From positions 27,519 to 91,518 of the forward strand of contig CALFJE010000093.1 in the NCBI GenBank assembly GCA_937877545.1: a DNA stretch of 64,000 nt. The letters run 5' to 3'. Shown piece after piece: positions 30,501-39,245 of the stretch (within the stretch, counting starts at the first letter, position 1; each line of letters begins with the position of its first letter). The notes under the pieces are model-generated. The model ran no database searches and had not been told where the DNA came from. It saw only the letters and a program-made list of their open reading frames with translations. The DNA is from an uncultured Selenomonadales bacterium. Lineage in GTDB: Bacteria > Bacillota > Negativicutes > Selenomonadales > Selenomonadaceae. The position numbers were made by a program, and so were the translations under genes.

Positions 30501-30775
30501 CCAAAGCGGCAATGGAGGCGGCGGGCTTACGTTTGCGCCCGATTTTGATGACGTCGTTCGCGTTCATAATCGGTTGCGTACCTTTGGCGACGGCGTCCGG
30601 GGCAGGCTCGGCGGCTCGTAACGGAATGGGCGTGGCGGTCGTCGGAGGAATGCTTTTCGCCACGATGCTTGGCGTCTTCGTTATCCCCGTGCTGTTCTAC
30701 ATAACCGAATACGTCGCAAAGAAACTCGGCTTCATGAAACAAGATCGTCATAAAACCTCCGTGGACTACATGTGA
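27581..30775 (+). CDS. RND multidrug efflux transporter (HAE1, AcrB-like)
   Basis: 1064 aa. MAKFFIHRPIFAIVIAL.. start, 12-TM layout with two large periplasmic loops, VVDDAIVVIEN motif. Confidence 0.95.
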   Translation: MAKFFIHRPIFAIVIALIITLVGILAALQLPIAQYPQISPPTISVSTTYTGANASVVNETIAQVIEQQVNGTDGMDYMSSNSDDTGRYSLSVVFAVGTDGDMDSVKVQNNVAIANASLPTDVQRVGVTTRKASNEMALFLAMYSPTGEYDRAFMKNYSDIYLMDEIKRVDGVGDVQIFGSDYSMRIWLNPDKLAELDLTVAEVAAAINEQNLQAAAGTIGSMPLSQGQEKQYTGKVQGRLTEIEEFGNIILKANSDGTFVYMKDVARIESGQKANNIIAKFNGYPSVGFGIQLTSDANAMTTVRGVQDIIERQRPNLPPGLYISEIFDSTDFIRASINEVAHTFFEALLLVVLVIFVFLQSWRATLIPLLAVPVSLIGTFAAFVALDFSINTLTLFAMVLAIGLVVDDAIVVIENVEHHMEEGLQPVDATERAMDEVQGPVVAIAFVLAAVFVPVAFLGGMMGVLYRQFALTIAISMGLSAFVALTLTPALCAMILKPKNPDAKRGFFDKFFDGFNNWFDRTKNSYVGIVGNFIKVSKLAIVFLLIVGGVTWLVYQRLPSTFVPEEDQGYFFTSINLPEGTSMNHTVETIDKLGAAVMKEMPGLKNCMMITGFDILSFGSKPSAGIIVCGLEDWTKRGADASINACIGTMFRLGAMTVPEAQVIAFNPPALPGLGNVGGWSLQLQDMAGHTDEELDALTKRIVAKANQRPEMQGVRTTFNIATPTVEYEIDREKVKLLGVQLSDVFDALQVNFGGMQVNDFNKFGRTYKVMLQSDVLYRSEAECSRFVFVKGSGGQMVPLDSLVTPRYSTGPTQISRFNAARAVTIQGNAGAGYSSGQAMNAIEEIVREEAGVGFNIEWSGQSREEKKAASSTGQVLALALVFVFLMLAALYESWSVPFAVLLSVPTGLFGAVVSEYVLAAISASMHNGQANAGLQDSVYMQIGIIMIIGLAAKNAILIVEFAKVRVDRGMEVTKAAMEAAGLRLRPILMTSFAFIIGCVPLATASGAGSAARNGMGVAVVGGMLFATMLGVFVIPVLFYITEYVAKKLGFMKQDRHKTSVDYM

Positions 30776-30784
30776 GCAAAAATT

Positions 30785-30818
30785 TAACCGTCGGAGCGAA
30801 ATGCTTTGGCGGTTTTTT
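30785..30818 (+). terminator. Rho-independent terminator after the RND pump
   Basis: AACCGTC..(AGC/GCT)..GGCGGTT followed by a T-run. Confidence 0.7.
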
Positions 30819-30876
30819 TGTGTAGCTGTCAGCTAAAGATGTCAGGCTATCAGGCAGTCGACAGTGGAAAAATTTT

Positions 30877-30885
30877 TGATAAAAT
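30877..30885 (+). promoter_or_regulatory. Extended -10 element TGaTAAAAT for the XRE-led cassette
   Basis: TGATAAAAT at 30877-30885, 30 nt before ATG 30915 with GGGAGGG RBS. Confidence 0.5.
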
Positions 30886-30914
30886 ATTTTCAAAATAGCC
30901 GGGAGGGCAACTGT

Positions 30915-31289
30915 ATGAAGGAAGACTGTCGTGAGGAGATGCGTTGTATCGGAATGCGTATTGCCGGTTTCAGGAAGATAAGGAACTTGACTCAAGCCGA
31001 ACTCGCCGACAAACTCTTCATAAGCAAAAAATATCTGTCGCATATCGAAAGTGCCTCTGCCAATAAAACTATTTCATTGCCGTTACTGATAAGAATTTCT
31101 CGCGTGTTGGACGTGGAATTGGCTTTGCTCACCGACATTGACGGCGTATATAAGTCCGACTTGAAAAATTTTTGGAGCGACATGAAAGATACTTTCGCGG
31201 AAATCAAAAAGCTCAACGACGATATGGACAGAATGCTTGATCAGCTTGAGCGGGCGGATAAAATTTTTTCCGGTAAAACTAAGGAGTGA
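30915..31289 (+). CDS. XRE-family helix-turn-helix transcriptional regulator with a helical C-terminal tail
   Basis: IGMRIAGFRKIRNLTQAELADKLFISKKYLSHIESA is a classic HTH_3 pattern. ATG at 30915 preferred over 30864. Confidence 0.85.
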   Translation: MKEDCREEMRCIGMRIAGFRKIRNLTQAELADKLFISKKYLSHIESASANKTISLPLLIRISRVLDVELALLTDIDGVYKSDLKNFWSDMKDTFAEIKKLNDDMDRMLDQLERADKIFSGKTKE

Positions 31290-31294
31290 TTTAA

Positions 31295-31471
31295 ATGGCT
31301 GAGGTCAAAAGCGCGAACTGTCCGCATGGCGGGCGCAAACTCGGCGCGTATCCGTTTGACTTGGCAAACACGCAACGCACGCACGGCACTTGTCCCGCTT
31401 GCGGCAAACGCTGCACCGTCGAATACGGCAAAGGCAAAATCAAAGTCAGCAAAGGTTTAGAAGGTGATTAG
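31295..31471 (+). CDS. 58-aa zinc-ribbon protein (not in the ORF track)
   Basis: My translation: MAEVKSANCPHGGRKLGAYPFDLANTQRTHGTCPACGKRCTVEYGKGKIKVSKGLEGD. AAGGAG RBS at 31281. CPxG..CPxCG pairs. Confidence 0.65.
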   Translation: MAEVKSANCPHGGRKLGAYPFDLANTQRTHGTCPACGKRCTVEYGKGKIKVSKGLEGD

Positions 31472-31472
31472 T

Positions 31473-32321
31473 ATGGGATTGTTTGACATGTTAGACCCCG
31501 ATGAAAGACGCGCCCGCAAAGAGGCTAAAGCGGAGGCTCGCGACTATCGCAACGAGGCAAAAAATACTCTGTCGGACGCAAAGGACGTCTACGACGATTA
31601 TAAGGAATTGAAGAAAGACGCTCAGCGTGTTGCCAATGAGCTCAACGACTTCATTAGGAGTTATAACAAATATAAAGCTGACCTTTTAAAGGAGTTGAGC
31701 GGCAACATCAGCGTTTCCATAGCCAACTTTAAGAATTTTAACATAAGCAGTCGCGTCTCCGTGCCGAATATCCGCACCGGTTCCGCGCCGAATATTCCTA
31801 CCGTTACGGTGTCGTCGATTATCTCAAGTATCCCCGGTTACAATTTCAGCCCGATAGGTATTGCGCTGTCGGTTTTCAGCGACCCCTATAAAGACCGCGA
31901 TGAAGCCATGGAACAAATGGAAGCCGCGCAGGAATATCTCTACAAAGTTCAGTGTGCCAAAGCAGATATGGAGATTTTGATAAGTGCACTTAGAGATTCA
32001 AAAACTTACATTAGCAGTGAGAAAGAAATTGTTACCGAGCTTATGGGCAAGGTGCGCAAAATCGTCAGCCGGCTCAACGACGCCATGAATCGGAATTCCT
32101 TCACGGAACAAGAGGCAAATTCTATGACGGCTATAGCTAAAATCGCCGAGAAAATTAAAGAGACCCTCGAACAGCGCGTTGTAAGCAATTCCGGCAACAT
32201 TGAAGGCAATTATAAGCTGTACAGCGACCGGCTTAGGAAAATTAACGACAAGATACCCGCCGCGCCGACTATTTCCGAATCGTCTGCGTCCACGTGGATT
32301 GACGACATTATAGTTTATTGA
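31473..32321 (+). CDS. Hypothetical 282-aa coiled-coil protein with a central hydrophobic segment
   Basis: ATG 1 nt after the zinc-ribbon stop. MGLFDMLDPDERRARKEAKAEAR.. charged helices, SSIISSIPGYNFSPIGIALSVF segment. No recognisable catalytic motif. Confidence 0.7.
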   Translation: MGLFDMLDPDERRARKEAKAEARDYRNEAKNTLSDAKDVYDDYKELKKDAQRVANELNDFIRSYNKYKADLLKELSGNISVSIANFKNFNISSRVSVPNIRTGSAPNIPTVTVSSIISSIPGYNFSPIGIALSVFSDPYKDRDEAMEQMEAAQEYLYKVQCAKADMEILISALRDSKTYISSEKEIVTELMGKVRKIVSRLNDAMNRNSFTEQEANSMTAIAKIAEKIKETLEQRVVSNSGNIEGNYKLYSDRLRKINDKIPAAPTISESSASTWIDDIIVY

Positions 32322-32331
32322 GGCAAGCGTG

Positions 32332-32679
32332 ATGTATCCGCCTCAAGAACTTGACGCGATAGACTTGCTCCAACGCTCCAAAAATTTTCTTGAACACTAC
32401 TTGAGCGACCGCGAGGCGACGATAACCGCTCATAAACGCGAACTTGCCCGACTGCAAGCGCGGTGTCTTGAAGGGGCATTGCGTTTGGAACGTGTTAAAA
32501 CATTCTCCGCCCAATTCTTTGAGAATCGGCAACGAGTGAGCGCAGTTGCAATGACGGCTCTGGACAAGGCAATCGAATTGGGCGACGAGAAAGTTGCCGA
32601 CCTTGCGCTTGCGATTATCGGCGACGAATACTCAAAGGACTTTTTCGGCATGATGAATAAAGTTGGAGGGATTGTATGA
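32332..32679 (+). CDS. Hypothetical 115-aa helical protein
   Basis: ATG at 32332 with GAGG 8 nt upstream. No recognisable motif. Confidence 0.6.
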   Translation: MYPPQELDAIDLLQRSKNFLEHYLSDREATITAHKRELARLQARCLEGALRLERVKTFSAQFFENRQRVSAVAMTALDKAIELGDEKVADLALAIIGDEYSKDFFGMMNKVGGIV

Positions 32680-33041
32680 GTTTGCCCGTTGAAGTTGGCT
32701 TGCCGATTATAAAGGAACTGATAGACGCCGTGACCGAATATCAGATGTGCAAGGAACGCGAACAGACCAAACGATTGGCGATAGAAGCGCAACTGGAGGC
32801 GTGCTTGACCGTAATTAACACGAATCACGAGCAATTTTTACGCGCCATGGACGATAATCGCAACTTGGCAATGACGGCTTATGACGCGGTTGAAAAGTTG
32901 CTTGCGGCTCCGTCCGTCGCCTCGAATCCCGAATTATTGCAAAGGGTGTTGACCTTCCTGCAGAGCGTCCACGAGCGTCACAGCAAAAATTTTATCGCCG
33001 CCGTCAATGCAAGTCCGATGCGTTTGCCGAGGATAGGGTGA
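32676..33041 (+). CDS. Hypothetical 121-aa helical protein
   Basis: ATGA overlap with the previous ORF. No recognisable motif. Confidence 0.6.
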   Translation: MSLPVEVGLPIIKELIDAVTEYQMCKEREQTKRLAIEAQLEACLTVINTNHEQFLRAMDDNRNLAMTAYDAVEKLLAAPSVASNPELLQRVLTFLQSVHERHSKNFIAAVNASPMRLPRIG

Positions 33042-33298
33042 GTGACATGACTAAGGAGCAGGAAGAACTTCGCGCCCGTATGCGGGAAAATCAGGAATTG
33101 TTGAACACGATTATCCGACACGAAGCCGCCGAACAACAGGCAATCACGCAGAATCTTGCGGAGTTCCATGAAGCCTTAGACGCTCGGAAAAAGATAATCA
33201 ACGCCGCGCTCGACGAAAAACGCGATAAAGATTTTGCAGAGCTTTCCGCGCAGATTCAACGGCTCAAAGACGCAATATCAAACCGCCCGAACGATTGA
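33038..33298 (+). CDS. Hypothetical 86-aa coiled-coil protein
   Basis: GTGA overlap with the previous ORF (alternative ATG at 33047). Highly charged heptad-like sequence. Confidence 0.55.
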   Translation: MSDMTKEQEELRARMRENQELLNTIIRHEAAEQQAITQNLAEFHEALDARKKIINAALDEKRDKDFAELSAQIQRLKDAISNRPND

Positions 33299-33311
33299 GG
33301 GCGATTTTTTT
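33284..33311 (+). terminator. Rho-independent terminator ending the cassette
   Basis: CGCCC-gaacgattga-GGGCG-A-T7. The stop codon lies in the loop. Confidence 0.6.
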
Positions 33312-33324
33312 CGACGGTCGCAAA

Positions 33325-33353
33325 TTTACAAGTCGCCGCATCTTTGGTATAAT
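33325..33353 (+). promoter_or_regulatory. recA promoter
   Basis: TTTACA (33325-33330), 17-nt spacer containing TG, TATAAT (33348-33353). Confidence 0.7.
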
Positions 33354-33388
33354 TTCTGCCCAAACTTAAATGATAGAGGAGAGCAAGT

Positions 33389-34447
33389 ATGACAAAACAA
33401 GAAGCATTAGCGGCGGCAATGAAGAAAATCGAAAAGGACTTCGGCAAAGGCGCAATCATGCGGCTGGGCGACGACACGACGCGCTTGGACGTGCGTGCGG
33501 TGTCGACGGGAATATTGCCGCTGGACGTTGCGCTCGGAATTGGCGGCTTGCCACGCGGCAGAATCACGGAGATTTACGGACCCGAAGCCGGCGGCAAGAC
33601 GACCGTAACGCTCCACATGATAGCAGCCGTTCAACGTCAGGGCGGCACGGCGGCGTTTATAGACGCGGAGCACGCGCTCGACCCCGTTTACGCAAAAAAG
33701 CTCGGCGTCGACGTGGATAACCTCCTGCTCTCTCAGCCCGATAACGGTGAACAGGGGCTTGACATTGCCGAAGCCTTGATTCGTTCGTCGGCGATTGATA
33801 TTGTCGTTATCGATTCGGTTGCCGCGCTCGTACCCAAATCCGAAATCGAAGGCGAAATGGGCGACGCCAACGTCGGACTGCACGCCCGCATGATGAGCAA
33901 GGCAATGCGCAAGCTCACGGCGGTTATCGGCAAGACGGATACGGTCGCGGTGTTTATCAATCAGATTCGCGAAAAAGTCGGTGTCATGTACGGCAACCCC
34001 GAAATCACGACGGGCGGTCGCGCTCTGAAGTTTTATTCGACGATTCGCCTTGAGATTCGCAAAGGTGAGCCGCTTAAGCAAGGTTCGGAGATTATCGGCA
34101 ATCGCGTCAAGATTAAGGTTGCCAAGAACAAAGTCGCACCGCCGTTCCGTACCGCCGAGTTCGATCTGATTTACGGCGAGGGCTATTCGCACACGGGCAG
34201 TATCGTCGATATGGGCGTTATGTTCGGTGTCGTCAGCCGTTCGGGTTCGCATTTCGCCTACAACGACACCAAACTTGGTCAGGGCAGGGAGAACGCCAAA
34301 GCTTATCTGCGCGAACACCCCGACGTTGCCGGCGAGATTGACGGTAAAATTCGCGAGGCGGTCATGAAATCGTTTAAGCCTGTTGCGGCGGAGGAAATCG
34401 TGGAAGTCGAGGACGCCGACGAAGAGGAGTTCAACGACGAGGATTGA
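33389..34447 (+). CDS. recA: Recombinase A
   Basis: 352 aa. [12 protein letters not shown] Walker [21 protein letters not shown], acidic C-terminal tail. Confidence 0.98.
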   Translation: MTKQEALAAAMKKIEKDFGKGAIMRLGDDTTRLDVRAVSTGILPLDVALGIGGLPRGRITEIYGPEAGGKTTVTLHMIAAVQRQGGTAAFIDAEHALDPVYAKKLGVDVDNLLLSQPDNGEQGLDIAEALIRSSAIDIVVIDSVAALVPKSEIEGEMGDANVGLHARMMSKAMRKLTAVIGKTDTVAVFINQIREKVGVMYGNPEITTGGRALKFYSTIRLEIRKGEPLKQGSEIIGNRVKIKVAKNKVAPPFRTAEFDLIYGEGYSHTGSIVDMGVMFGVVSRSGSHFAYNDTKLGQGRENAKAYLREHPDVAGEIDGKIREAVMKSFKPVAAEEIVEVEDADEEEFNDED

Positions 34448-34453
34448 CGCATT

Positions 34454-34489
34454 AAAAAAGCCCGCGCTCCAAACGGAGTGGGGCTTTTT
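34454..34489. terminator. Bidirectional terminator between recA and the FHA gene
   Basis: A6-GCCC..CTCC-aaac-GGAG..GGGC-T5. Confidence 0.7.
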
Positions 34490-34492
34490 GCT

Positions 34493-35326
34493 TTACAGAA
34501 CTTTATAAGTCAGCGTGGTCTTGCCGATTAGAATTTTATCGCCGTCGCGGAGCTCACAGCGGCTAATCGGCGTCTTATTGACCCAGGTACCGTTGAGACT
34601 GCCCGCGTCGTAGAGAACGTGTCTGTGCCGCTCGTAGGCAATGTAAGCGTGAATTCGCGAAGCACTTTCGTCGTCGAGGACAAAGTCGTTGGTCTCCTTA
34701 CGTCCCAGATAAATTTGTTTTTCGCCGCAGACGACCTCCGCCTTGTCAAAATCGGTAATGACCGCCAAATTGTATTCAACCCTGCGCGGCGACGCGGTGC
34801 GCATAGTCTCGACGATTCTCATTCTGTCGGCAACCAGCGTCTCGTCGTCGTCGGCGGTGATTCTGTCCTCAAGCAGGGTTTGGCTCAGCACGTCGTTTTC
34901 CAAGTCAATGGTATCCTGCGCGGGCTCGTCGACGTAGCCCGACGCAATCACAATGGCGTTATCGCCGGCAGCCATCTTTTTAATTTTGACGGAAAGCGCA
35001 CCGTCCATGAAACAGTTTTCGCGAATGACTTTGCGCTCAACCGCCTCGTGCAAGGATTTAATCAGCCGCGCCGCGCTCAGCCGGTGACAATCCTCCTCGC
35101 AAAGATATATCGTGTAGGAATTCGGCACCCGATTGTCCCGCGCCTTTTGCTTTGCCACTTCCCGCTCCAATGCCTTGATTAGTTCCCTCGGCTCGACCTC
35201 GCCGCGTCGTTGAAATAAGTTCGCCAACTGCCCCGTTATCACGCTTGCCAACTTCAATCTTGCCGCCTCCTTCGCAAAAAAAGACGCTCCCCGAAAGGTC
35301 TCGGACAGCATCTTTTGCGTAATCAT
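34493..35326 (-). CDS. FhaA-like protein (DUF3662-type N-domain plus C-terminal FHA domain)
   Basis: C-terminus: YLGRKETNDFVLDDESASRIHAYI..YDAGSLNGTWVN..GDKILIG (FHA). Start uncertain (TTG 35347, ATG 35326 or 35311). Confidence 0.8.
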   Translation of the reverse strand: MITQKMLSETFRGASFFAKEAARLKLASVITGQLANLFQRRGEVEPRELIKALEREVAKQKARDNRVPNSYTIYLCEEDCHRLSAARLIKSLHEAVERKVIRENCFMDGALSVKIKKMAAGDNAIVIASGYVDEPAQDTIDLENDVLSQTLLEDRITADDDETLVADRMRIVETMRTASPRRVEYNLAVITDFDKAEVVCGEKQIYLGRKETNDFVLDDESASRIHAYIAYERHRHVLYDAGSLNGTWVNKTPISRCELRDGDKILIGKTTLTYKVL

Positions 35327-35333
35327 TGGAATT

Positions 35334-35675
35334 TCAAACCAGCTCAATCAGAACCATGGGCGCGGCGTCTCCGCGACGGGGCGCAAGTTTCAAGATTCTG
35401 GTGTAGCCGCCCGCACGGTCGTTGTATTTTCCGGGTATCTCCTCGAAGATTTTATGAACAACGTCGTTATCGGCGACGAGGTTTACAGCTTGACGGCGTG
35501 CGCTAAGGTCGCCGCGTTTGGCGAGCGTTATAACTTTTTCGGCGAACTTGCGCAATTCCTTGGCGCGAGCCTCCGTCGTCTCTATACGCTCATATTGGAA
35601 GAAAGCCGACAGCAGACTTTTGAACAATGCCTTGCGTGCGCCGCTGTTTCTGCCGAGTTTCCTGTAGCTCATCAA
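35334..35675 (-). CDS. rplQ: Ribosomal protein bL17
   Basis: [21 protein letters not shown]...[10 protein letters not shown]. Confidence 0.96.
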   Translation of the reverse strand: MMSYRKLGRNSGARKALFKSLLSAFFQYERIETTEARAKELRKFAEKVITLAKRGDLSARRQAVNLVADNDVVHKIFEEIPGKYNDRAGGYTRILKLAPRRGDAAPMVLIELV

Positions 35676-35691
35676 ATTTCCTCCTTCCTGC

Positions 35692-36795
35692 TTAATCGTC
35701 CGGCAAAGTCATTGGGACGGGGTTGGGCGACGGCTTGAACGTGACGCCGAGTTGATCCATTGTCTGCTTAATCTCCTCGAACGATTTGCGACCGAGGTTG
35801 CGGACTTTCATCATTTCCTCTTCGGTTTTATCGGCGAGGTCTGCCACGATATGAATCCCCGCACGCTTTAAACAATTCGTCGAACGCACCGACAGTTCCA
35901 ATTCCTCAATCGGTTTGGCGAGGTTTTTATCCAGCGTCATTGCAACTTCATCGTCGGATTCGGTTTCAACCGGCTCGTCGTCTTCGGGCGTTTCCTCAAC
36001 CGTTACTATGCCGTCCATATTCTGGAAAAGTTTCATGTGCGCGATTAGAATTGCCGCCGCTTTGGAGACCGCCTCTTCGGGACTGAGCGTGCCGTTCGTC
36101 CAAACTTCCAGCGTCAATTTGTCGAAGTCCATCTCGTTGCCGACGCGGGTATCTTGCACGTCGTAGTTGACGCGGAGCACCGGCGAGAATATCGAATCAA
36201 TCGGTATCGTCCCGATAATGTCGTCGGGATTTTTATTTTTTTCGGCTTGATCGTAGCCGCGCCCGCAACGCGCCAGCATTTCGATTTTGAGCTTGCCGGT
36301 TTCATTGAGCCAGGCGATATGCAGGTCGGGATTGAGAATCTCGATACTGGGGTCGCACTCAATGTCGGCGGCGGTGACTTCGCGGCGTCCGCCCGCATGG
36401 AAGCCGTCGCGAATTTCCTCGGCTACGTCCACGTCTATGCGGAGCGTGTAGGTCATGGGCGGCGCGGAACTGACTTGCGCGAACGGTTGATAAGGCTGGT
36501 CTTTTTCCTCGTCAATCTTGAGGCACAGCTGCTTGATATTGAGGACGATATTGGTAACATCCTCGCGCACGCCGGGGATTGTGGAGAATTCGTGGAGCAC
36601 GCCGTCAATCCTAATCGACGTAACCGCCGCACCTTCCAGACTTGACAGGAGCATTCGCCGCAAGCTGTTGCCGAGCGTTATGCCGTAGCCGCGTCCGAGC
36701 GGTTCGCAAATAAATTTCCCGTAGTGTTCGTCGTCGTTGACCTCAACCAGTTCAAGCTTCGGCGGCTTTTGTTCGTTTTTATCGTTGTCGTTCAT
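35692..36795 (-). CDS. rpoA: DNA-directed RNA polymerase alpha subunit (longer than usual)
   Basis: [23 protein letters not shown].., [30 protein letters not shown]. 367 aa. Confidence 0.96.
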   Translation of the reverse strand: MNDNDKNEQKPPKLELVEVNDDEHYGKFICEPLGRGYGITLGNSLRRMLLSSLEGAAVTSIRIDGVLHEFSTIPGVREDVTNIVLNIKQLCLKIDEEKDQPYQPFAQVSSAPPMTYTLRIDVDVAEEIRDGFHAGGRREVTAADIECDPSIEILNPDLHIAWLNETGKLKIEMLARCGRGYDQAEKNKNPDDIIGTIPIDSIFSPVLRVNYDVQDTRVGNEMDFDKLTLEVWTNGTLSPEEAVSKAAAILIAHMKLFQNMDGIVTVEETPEDDEPVETESDDEVAMTLDKNLAKPIEELELSVRSTNCLKRAGIHIVADLADKTEEEMMKVRNLGRKSFEEIKQTMDQLGVTFKPSPNPVPMTLPDD

Positions 36796-36827
36796 TCAAA
36801 TCCGCTCCTTTCGGTATTTAGGGCGAA

Positions 36828-37433
36828 TTATCTGGAGTACAACTCGATAATGGACTGTTCGTTGACGGGAATATCGCTGATGTCCTCGCGGGTCGGAAAA
36901 CGGGTTACCGAGCCTTTGAGGTTCGCCTGATTGGAGTCGAGCCACGGCGGTGCACTCAAAGCGTTGTTAATTTCCTTAATCGCCTTGAAGACTTCCTTGC
37001 CCTGGCTTTTCTCGCAGACTTCGACGATGTCGCCGACACTGACCAATGCCGACGGAATGTCGACGCGCTTGCCGTTTACGGTGATGTGCCCGTGGCGGAC
37101 GAATTGACGCGCCTGACGGCGGGTATTTGCGAAGCCGAGGCGGAAGACTACGTTATCAAGGCGGCGTTCAAGCAGGATAAGCAGATTTTCGCCGGTGACG
37201 CCGGGCATTTTCTTAGCCTTTTCGTAGTAGTTGCGGAATTGACGTTCGAGCACGCCGTAGATAAATTTAGCCTTTTGCTTTTCCTTGAGCTGAAGCCCGT
37301 ACTCGCTGACTTTGCGGTTCATGCGTTGCTGGGGATGTTTCTTTTCGCTGACCTTGCGGGAGCGACCGATAACCGCTTGTTCAATTCCGAGTGCGCGGCA
37401 GCGTTTCAAAGCGGGAGTTCTGTCGATTGCCAT
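36828..37433 (-). CDS. rpsD: Ribosomal protein uS4
   Basis: [42 protein letters not shown]. Confidence 0.96.
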   Translation of the reverse strand: MAIDRTPALKRCRALGIEQAVIGRSRKVSEKKHPQQRMNRKVSEYGLQLKEKQKAKFIYGVLERQFRNYYEKAKKMPGVTGENLLILLERRLDNVVFRLGFANTRRQARQFVRHGHITVNGKRVDIPSALVSVGDIVEVCEKSQGKEVFKAIKEINNALSAPPWLDSNQANLKGSVTRFPTREDISDIPVNEQSIIELYSR

Positions 37434-37448
37434 ATTTGCACCTCCAAA

Positions 37449-37841
37449 TTAAACTCTGCGACGTTTGGGCGGACGGCAACCGTTGTGCGGAATGGGCGTC
37501 ACGTCTTTAATCATGTTGACTTCGAGTCCGGTTGCTTGGAGCGAACGGATAGCCGCCTCACGCCCTGCGCCGGGTCCTTTGACGTAAACCTCGATTTGTT
37601 TCAAGCCGTGTTCCATAGCCGCCTTAGCTGCGACCTCTGCCGCCATCTGCGCGGCGAACGGGGTAGACTTACGCGAGCCGCGGAAGCCCAAGCCGCCCGC
37701 CGACGCCCAGGAAATTGCGTTGCCGCTTTTGTCGGTGAGCGTGACAATCGTATTGTTAAACGTGGAGCTGATATGCGCCACGCCGTATTCTATATTCTTG
37801 CGAACTTTCTTTTTGGCGCGGACTGTTTTTTTCGTTGCCAC
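37449..37841 (-). CDS. rpsK: Ribosomal protein uS11
   Basis: [32 protein letters not shown]. Confidence 0.97.
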   Translation of the reverse strand: MATKKTVRAKKKVRKNIEYGVAHISSTFNNTIVTLTDKSGNAISWASAGGLGFRGSRKSTPFAAQMAAEVAAKAAMEHGLKQIEVYVKGPGAGREAAIRSLQATGLEVNMIKDVTPIPHNGCRPPKRRRV

Positions 37842-37862
37842 CTGTCTTAACCTCCTTGAGGA

Positions 37863-38237
37863 TTAGTCTTTCTTCTTGCCGCCCTGGACGAGTTTTTTGG
37901 GACCTTTGCGAGTCCTGGCGTTGTTCTTGGTATTCTGTCCACGAACGGGCAAGCCGAGACGGTGACGGCGTCCGCGATAACAGCCAATATCAATGAGTCG
38001 CTTGATGTCCATCTGAATATCGCGGCGGAGGTCGCCCTCCACTACGAAGTTGTGGTCGATGGCATCACGAAGTTTGACAACCTCGTCGTCCGTGAGATCT
38101 TTCGTTCTGGTGTCGGGGTTGACGCCCGTCATCGCGAGGATTTTCTGCGACGTGGGAAGCCCGATTCCGAAAATGTACGTCAACGCGTATTCGATTCTCT
38201 TGTCACGGGGCAAATCTACACCGGCTATACGTGCCAT
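37863..38237 (-). CDS. rpsM: Ribosomal protein uS13
   Basis: [26 protein letters not shown]...GCYRGRRHR. Confidence 0.97.
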   Translation of the reverse strand: MARIAGVDLPRDKRIEYALTYIFGIGLPTSQKILAMTGVNPDTRTKDLTDDEVVKLRDAIDHNFVVEGDLRRDIQMDIKRLIDIGCYRGRRHRLGLPVRGQNTKNNARTRKGPKKLVQGGKKKD

Positions 38238-38252
38238 AAAGTTTTCACCTCC

Positions 38253-38366
38253 TTAACCTTGACGCTGTTTGTGCTTGGGATTTTCGCAAATAACCATGAC
38301 GCGCCCCTTGCGCTTGATGATCTTGCATTTATCGCACAGCTTTTTGACCGACGGTCTGACTTTCAT
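38253..38366 (-). CDS. rpmJ: Ribosomal protein bL36 (below the ORF-track size cutoff)
   Basis: My translation: [37 protein letters not shown]. Confidence 0.95.
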   Translation of the reverse strand: MKVRPSVKKLCDKCKIIKRKGRVMVICENPKHKQRQG

Positions 38367-38378
38367 ATTACCGCCTCC

Positions 38379-39179
38379 TTAGAAATTATCCTTGTTTTGA
38401 GCGTAGACTTCGGCGAGTATCGACGCCAAATTTGTAAACTCCTTGATGTTGTGAGCGTAGAGACCGCGAGCCGCCTCGACGGGAATTTTCGCGCCTTCAG
38501 GCAAGCCTCTGACGATTTTGCCGTCGACCTCGGTAAGCCCTATCCAAAAACGCGAACAGAGCTTGACGCCGTCCTCGTAAGGATACCACTTGTGACACAT
38601 AGCCGCCGCGCAATCGCCCGCGCCTATGCCGCAAGCCAACGATTCACATTTCTCCGTACCGATAATGCTCTCGTCGAAGCCGAAATCTGCGGGACGCTTG
38701 AAGTTAATCGCTATCAAGCTCGCGCCGTTGCCGATGTCTTCAAGGACGTAATGCGTTACGCCCCAAGTCTTTTGCTTGACGGGAACGGTCGGGTCGCAAA
38801 CGTAAGCGGCTTTATTCGCCCGCGCAAAGTAATGATCTTCGGGATCCCAAATCTTGTAGCGCAAATCGGAGCCGACGCTGTGCCACGGGAACCACCAATC
38901 GAGCATTGCGCCGGTAACGCCGGGCATATAAGTTTCGTTGGCGACAAAGCCCGTGCCGTCCTCGGCGACGCCGTAGCCCGTTTGACAATACGCGTCGTCT
39001 TTGCCGGCGAGGAAAAGATTCTTATCGGCGAACGACACAGCCGGAATTTCCGACGGCTTGTCTATCAACGCCAACTTGTCGGCGGGAATTGTGGCAAGGT
39101 TGCGCTCAAAAAACTTGTAGTAGGGCAGAGCCTTTTCTTCCAGGCTTACGCCGACCTTCTTGCCCGTAAACAACGCCAC
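38379..39179 (-). CDS. Non-ribosomal enzyme gene, tentatively a DAPG/phloretin hydrolase (PhlG)-like protein
   Basis: 266 aa, GTG start after GGAGGAGGG. WWFPWHSVGSDLRYKIWDPEDHYF and the C-terminal HNIKEF region recall the PhlG/Phy family from memory only. Confidence 0.55.
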   Translation of the reverse strand: MALFTGKKVGVSLEEKALPYYKFFERNLATIPADKLALIDKPSEIPAVSFADKNLFLAGKDDAYCQTGYGVAEDGTGFVANETYMPGVTGAMLDWWFPWHSVGSDLRYKIWDPEDHYFARANKAAYVCDPTVPVKQKTWGVTHYVLEDIGNGASLIAINFKRPADFGFDESIIGTEKCESLACGIGAGDCAAAMCHKWYPYEDGVKLCSRFWIGLTEVDGKIVRGLPEGAKIPVEAARGLYAHNIKEFTNLASILAEVYAQNKDNF

Positions 39180-39210
39180 GACTTTTCCCTCCTCCGATAA
39201 TACGCAGGGG

Positions 39211-39238
39211 ATTATAACATTTCTTTGCGATTTGTCCA
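39211..39238 (-). promoter_or_regulatory. Internal promoter ahead of the hydrolase-like gene/rpmJ/rpsM
   Basis: On the - strand: TGGACA, 16-nt spacer, TATAAT. Confidence 0.6.
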
Positions 39239-39245
39239 GAAGTTT

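Noticed and set aside
23016-30775. A complete tripartite RND system
   Set aside because: Only the adaptor and the inner-membrane pump are present. No TolC/OprM-type outer-membrane factor gene occurs in the window, so completeness cannot be asserted.
30785-33353. The cassette upstream of recA as a prophage or integrative element
   Set aside because: No integrase, transposase, tRNA target or flanking direct repeats are visible, and the unit is only 2.5 kb. It is kept as an unassigned cassette rather than called a mobile element.
33299-33388. LexA (Cheo-type GAAC-N4-GTTC) box in the recA promoter region
   Set aside because: I found no palindrome of that form between the cassette terminator and the recA ATG. 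SOS regulation cannot be claimed from this sequence.
37962-39200. 412-aa + strand ORF spanning rpsM, rpmJ and the hydrolase-like gene
   Set aside because: It lies antisense to well-conserved genes. Stop-poor antisense frames are expected in GC-rich coding DNA, and the ORF has no motifs or RBS. The same reasoning rejects 2899-3750, 5090-6046, 6951-7967(-), 33407-34318(-), 43500-44633, 49704-50924, 52780-53988, 54902-56062, 57996-59105 and 61572-62630.
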